Source of the DNA: an uncultured Pseudomonadota bacterium
GTDB taxonomy: Bacteria > Oederibacteriota > Muellerivitia > Muellerivitales > Muellerivitaceae
Direction of reading: 5' to 3'
Assembly (NCBI GenBank): GCA_963770835.1
Contig: CAVYRH010000011.1
Coordinates: 1-64,000 of the forward strand
Length of the DNA stretch: 64,000 nt
Numbering within the stretch: the stretch's first letter is position 1; each line of letters begins with the position of its first letter. A program made the position numbers and the translations under genes. The notes under the pieces were generated by a model that saw only the letters and a list, made by a program, of their open reading frames with translations, ran no database searches and was not told where the DNA came from. Shown piece after piece: positions 59,820 to 64,000 of this stretch.

Positions 59820-61014
59820 ATGTCAAAAGAGAAATTCGTAAGAAACAAGCCGCACGTGAATATCGGGACGATCGGGCACGTCGACCATGGAAAGACGACA
59901 CTGACGGCGGCGATCACGACGGTATTGGCAAAGAAGGGATTGGCGACGGCGAAGGGTTATGCGGACATCGACAATGCCCCGGAAGAGAGGGAGCGCGGGG
60001 TTACGATCAATACCTCCCACGTGGAGTACCAGACCGAGAAGCGGCATTACGCGCACGTGGACTGCCCAGGCCACGCGGACTATATCAAGAACATGGTGAC
60101 GGGCGCGGCGCAGATGGACGGAGCGATTTTGGTGGTCTCGGCGGCGGACGGACCCATGCCCCAGACGCGGGAACATATTCTTTTGGCCCGCCAGGTCGGG
60201 GTGCCTTATATCGTGGTTTTCCTGAACAAGTGCGACATGGTGGACGACAAGGAGCTGTTGGAGCTGGTGGAAGTGGAAGTTCGGGACCTTTTGACCAAGT
60301 ACGGGTTCCCCGGAGATAAGACGCCGGTCATCAAGGGATCGGCCACGAAGGCCTTGGAAGGGGATACAGGGCGAGCTCGGGCGAACCGGCGATTTTCAAG
60401 CTGATGGAAGCGGTGGATAGCCTATATCCCGGATCCGAAGCGGGACGTGGACAAGGATTTCCTGATGGCGGTGGAGGACGTATTTTTGATTACCGGCCGT
60501 GGGACGGTGGCGACGGGCCGGGTGGAACGTGGAAAGGTGAAGGTGGGGGACACGGTTGAGATTGTTGGAATCAAGCCCACGAAGGAAACAGTGGTGACGG
60601 GCGTGGAAATGTTCCGGAAGCTGCTGGATGACGCGCAAGCGGGGGACAACATCGGAGCCCTCCTGCGCGGCGTGGAAAAGAAGGACATCGAGCGGGGCCA
60701 GGTTTTGGCGAAGCCCAAGAGCGATCACCCCGCACAAGAAGTTTAAGGGGGAAGTATACGTGTTGACGAAGGAAGAGGGTGGACGGCACACGCCGTTTTT
60801 CAACGGGTACAAGCCGCAATTCTTCTTCCGGACGACGGACGTGACGGGAAGCGTGAAGCTGCCGCAGGGAGTGGAGATGTGCATGCCGGGGGACAACATC
60901 ACGATGGAGATCGAGTTGATCGTGCCGGTGGCGATGGAGAAGGAACTGAGGTTCGCGATCCGGGAAGGCGGCCACACGGTGGGCGCCGGCGTTGTCACTC
61001 AGATCATTGAATAA
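59820..61014 (+). CDS. tuf: Elongation factor Tu (apparent frameshifts)
   Basis: [31 protein letters not shown]. Confidence 0.97.
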
Positions 61015-61033
61015 AGAAAAGGCGAGGTAAAGA

Positions 61034-61351
61034 ATGGCCACGGCCACAAGTCAAAAAATCCGAATCAAATTAAAGGCCTATGATCACCGGCTTTTGGACC
61101 GGTCGACGGTCGAGATCATCGAAACTGTCCGCCGTACGGGTGCCATCGTTTTAGGGCCGGTTCCATTGCCGACGGAGATCAACCGTTATACGGTGTTGCG
61201 TAGCCCCCACGTGGACAAAAAATCGCGGGAACAGTTTGAAATCCGCACTCACAAACGACTGGTGGATATCGTGAACCCGAACCAGCGAACGATCGATGCC
61301 TTGATGAAACTTGACCTCCCTGCAGGCGTGGATGTCGAGATCAAGTTGTAA
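61034..61351 (+). CDS. rpsJ: 30S ribosomal protein S10
   Basis: [24 protein letters not shown]. Confidence 0.97.
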   Translation: MATATSQKIRIKLKAYDHRLLDRSTVEIIETVRRTGAIVLGPVPLPTEINRYTVLRSPHVDKKSREQFEIRTHKRLVDIVNPNQRTIDALMKLDLPAGVDVEIKL

Positions 61352-61362
61352 GGGTGAGGGAA

Positions 61363-62002
61363 ATGAGCGACAACGTGAAAACTTTAATCGGCAAAAAGGT
61401 TGGCCAGACCACTTTATTTGAAGAAAGCGGCAAGGCCACCCACGTAACGGTCCTGGAAATCGGGCCTTGTGTGGTCATCCAAAAGAAAACCCAAGATAAA
61501 GAGGGCTATAATGCTCTTCAATTGGGTTTCTCGGAGAAAAAAGAAAAGCACACAACCAAGGCTTTGCAGGGTCATTTCAAAAAGTCGGGTGCAACACCCA
61601 AACGTATTTTGAAAGAAATCCGCGTTGCAGGACGCATCTCCTTTCCAGGTGGGGCAGGCTTTGACGGTCGAAAATTTCAAAGACGTCACTTGGGTCGATG
61701 TAACGGGCGTTTCCAAGGGCAAGGGATTCCAAGGTGTGGTACGGCGCCACGGTTTCAGGGGTGGTCGGAATTCCCATGGCAGCATGTTTCATCGCGCTCC
61801 AGGCGGTATTGGAGCCTCTTCCGACCCTTCGCGCGTTTATCCCGGCAGCCGCATGCCGGGCCACATGGGGACCCAGAAAAATACCGTTTTGAACTTAAAG
61901 GTCGTAAAAGTGGATTCCGATAACAATCTCTTGTTCGTGAAGGGTGCTGTGCCGGGTGCCGATGGGGGCATTGTGACGGTGCGGCCGAGCGTTAAAAAAT
62001 AA
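61363..62002 (+). CDS. rplC: 50S ribosomal protein L3 (apparent frameshift near 61630)
   Basis: [26 protein letters not shown]. Confidence 0.95.
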
Positions 62003-62013
62003 AGGTGAGATCC

Positions 62014-62670
62014 ATGCCCAAAGCCAATGTTTACAATTCAACGGGTCAATCGACTGGTCAAGTCGAATTGCCGGATATTCTTTTTGGCGTCAAACCACGC
62101 CCACATCACTTGTGGCGTAGCGTGACTACCCATTTGTCCAACCAAAGGTTGGGAACGGTTAAAACCAAGGGCAAAGGAGAAGTGTCTGGCGGCGGAAAGA
62201 AGCCCTTCAAGCAAAAAGGTACCGGTAATGCTCGGCAGGGATCCATCCGTGCCGTCCAATTTGTAGGCGGTGGTATCGCTCACGGTCCCAAACCGCGGGA
62301 TTATTCCTTGGGTTTGCCGAAAAAAATGCGGCAGCAGGCTTTGGCGGAGTCGCTTTCTGATAAAGCGCTTCAGGGGAAGGTTATGGTGATCGAGAGCCTC
62401 AAGTTTGACGCTCCTAAAACCAAGCAAGCAGTCGGCTTGTTAAAAAGTCTCGGGCTTAACGGACAAAAATGTCTGATTGTGATCGATACGGCAAACCCGG
62501 ACACTTTTAAGAGCTTTCGGAACCTGCCTAAAACAAAAGTTCTTTTCAAGGAAAACCTTAATACCTATGAAATCATGAACCACGATGTCTTGGTTTTGAC
62601 CCAAGGCACACTGAAACAGTTAACCGAATCTAAATCAAAGCTTTCCTCGGACAAGGAGAAAGCGCCGTGA
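62014..62670 (+). CDS. rplD: 50S ribosomal protein L4
   Basis: GGGKKPFKQKGTGNARQGS, HGPKPRDY. Confidence 0.97.
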   Translation: MPKANVYNSTGQSTGQVELPDILFGVKPRPHHLWRSVTTHLSNQRLGTVKTKGKGEVSGGGKKPFKQKGTGNARQGSIRAVQFVGGGIAHGPKPRDYSLGLPKKMRQQALAESLSDKALQGKVMVIESLKFDAPKTKQAVGLLKSLGLNGQKCLIVIDTANPDTFKSFRNLPKTKVLFKENLNTYEIMNHDVLVLTQGTLKQLTESKSKLSSDKEKAP

Positions 62671-62963
62671 AAAAAATACAGGATGTTATCGTCCGTCCGT
62701 TGATCACTGAAAGAAGCACCCTCTTGAAGGAAAAAAACAAGTATTCCTTCGAGGTGAATCCTTCAGCCACAAAACAAGAAATTAAAAACGCGGTAGAAAC
62801 TATTTTCAAAAAAGAGAAGGTGGAAGTTTTGAAAGTGAATACCACTAACCTGCCAGCTAAGATCCGGCGGTTGGGGCGCAGCTTCTCCAAGCCTTATCGC
62901 TGGAAAAAGGCGATTGTGACTTTGAAGCCGGGCCAAAAAATTGAATTTTTCGAAGGGGCTTAA
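62667..62963 (+). CDS. rplW: 50S ribosomal protein L23
   Basis: [24 protein letters not shown]. Confidence 0.95.
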   Translation: MKKIQDVIVRPLITERSTLLKEKNKYSFEVNPSATKQEIKNAVETIFKKEKVEVLKVNTTNLPAKIRRLGRSFSKPYRWKKAIVTLKPGQKIEFFEGA

Positions 62964-62968
62964 AATTC

Positions 62969-63793
62969 ATGGCCATTAAAGCTTACAAACCTACTTCCGC
63001 GGGCCGCCGGGCGATGACGGCCATTGTGGGCGAAAATTTAACCAAAAAGGCACCGGAAAAGTCTCTGGTGGTTGCCTTGAAATCCACCGGTGGGCGTAAT
63101 ATGCACGGCCGTATTACCAGCCGTCACCGCGGGGCGGGACATAAACGCCAATACCGTTTAATTGATTTTGGCCGGGAAAAGGCGGGCATGACGGCGAAAG
63201 TTTTGTCGCTCGAATATGATCCCAATCGATCTTCCCGGATCGCTCTATTGCAATATTTGGACGGTGAAAAAAAATATATCCTGGCCCCTGAGGGGTTGCA
63301 GGTGGGTGATCAGGTTCTAGCGGGCCAGGGCGCGGACGTGAAACCCGGTCACGCAATGAAGTTAAAAGACATTCCGATGGGGTCCATGATCCACAATATT
63401 GAAATTCGTCCGGGAAAGGGCGGGCAGATGGTCCGCTCGGCCGGTGCTGTTGCGCAGTTGATGGCCCGTGAGGGGGACTACGCCACCGTAAAGCTGCCTT
63501 CCGGCGAGATGCGAAAAATCCATATTGAGTGTGTGGCTTCCATCGGCCAGGTGGGAAATCTGGACCATAACAATGTGAGTATTGGCAAGGCTGGCCGCAT
63601 GCGCTGGATGGGCGAGAGGCCTCAGTCCCGCGGAGTGGTAACCCGTCCGGGCGACGGTCATCCCATGGGCGGCGGTGAGGGAAAGACTTCAGGTGGACGC
63701 CATCCGACCACGCCTTGGGGGAAACCGACCAAGGGTTACAAGACGCGCCAAAACAAGCTGACGGATAAATATATCGTCAAGCGGCGTAAATAA
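62969..63793 (+). CDS. rplB: 50S ribosomal protein L2
   Basis: [22 protein letters not shown]. Confidence 0.97.
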   Translation: MAIKAYKPTSAGRRAMTAIVGENLTKKAPEKSLVVALKSTGGRNMHGRITSRHRGAGHKRQYRLIDFGREKAGMTAKVLSLEYDPNRSSRIALLQYLDGEKKYILAPEGLQVGDQVLAGQGADVKPGHAMKLKDIPMGSMIHNIEIRPGKGGQMVRSAGAVAQLMAREGDYATVKLPSGEMRKIHIECVASIGQVGNLDHNNVSIGKAGRMRWMGERPQSRGVVTRPGDGHPMGGGEGKTSGGRHPTTPWGKPTKGYKTRQNKLTDKYIVKRRK

Positions 63794-63810
63794 AGAAGAG
63801 GTCTAAGACA

Positions 63811-64000
63811 ATGAGCCGATCCATTAAAAAAGGTCCTTATGTGGACGCGAAGCTCTTAAAACTGATCCAAAAGATGAACCGTGCAAACGACAAGAAAGTA
63901 GTCAAGACTTACGCGCGGCGCTCCACGGTCCATCCTGAAATGGTGGGACACACCTTCGCCATCCACAATGGCAGAAAATTCATCCCCATTTTCATTACGG
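63811..64000 (+). CDS. rpsS: 30S ribosomal protein S19 (runs off the window)
   Basis: [12 protein letters not shown]...ARRSTV.PEMVGHT.AIHNG. Confidence 0.95.
   Translation, partial: MSRSIKKGPYVDAKLLKLIQKMNRANDKKVVKTYARRSTVHPEMVGHTFAIHNGRKFIPIFIT

Overview
Bacterial chromosomal window of moderately high GC from an apparently diderm lineage. Every supportable gene is on the + strand. The most unusual part is the first 3.9 kb. A complete RT-encoding group II intron (11-1951) and an 800-nt ORF-less group II intron with non-canonical ends (1969-2768, 5' UCGUG ... GC 3') sit 17 nt apart in one short palindrome. A degenerate copy of that palindrome recurs at 3896, so the two copies bracket an AT-rich orphan gene. 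The rest is mostly housekeeping: transporters, amrB/amrA, tandem DUF151 genes, the F0F1 atp operon with a Rex-type operator, acpS, nnr, a GT2/B12-radical-SAM/flippase cluster, parAB, a probable major outer-membrane protein, yajC, pabBC, folD, coaE, two diguanylate cyclases, rho, rpmE-prfA-prmC, rpoBC (detached from rplKAJL), the str operon and the start of S10. Intergenic DNA holds nonamer- and heptamer-repeat hairpins. One of them (22.07-22.33 kb) carries four nested ~40-bp palindromic mini-elements. Many essential genes at 13-16 kb and 52.8-63.7 kb are frameshifted, most likely from sequencing or assembly indels. All calls come from reading the sequence; no searches were run.
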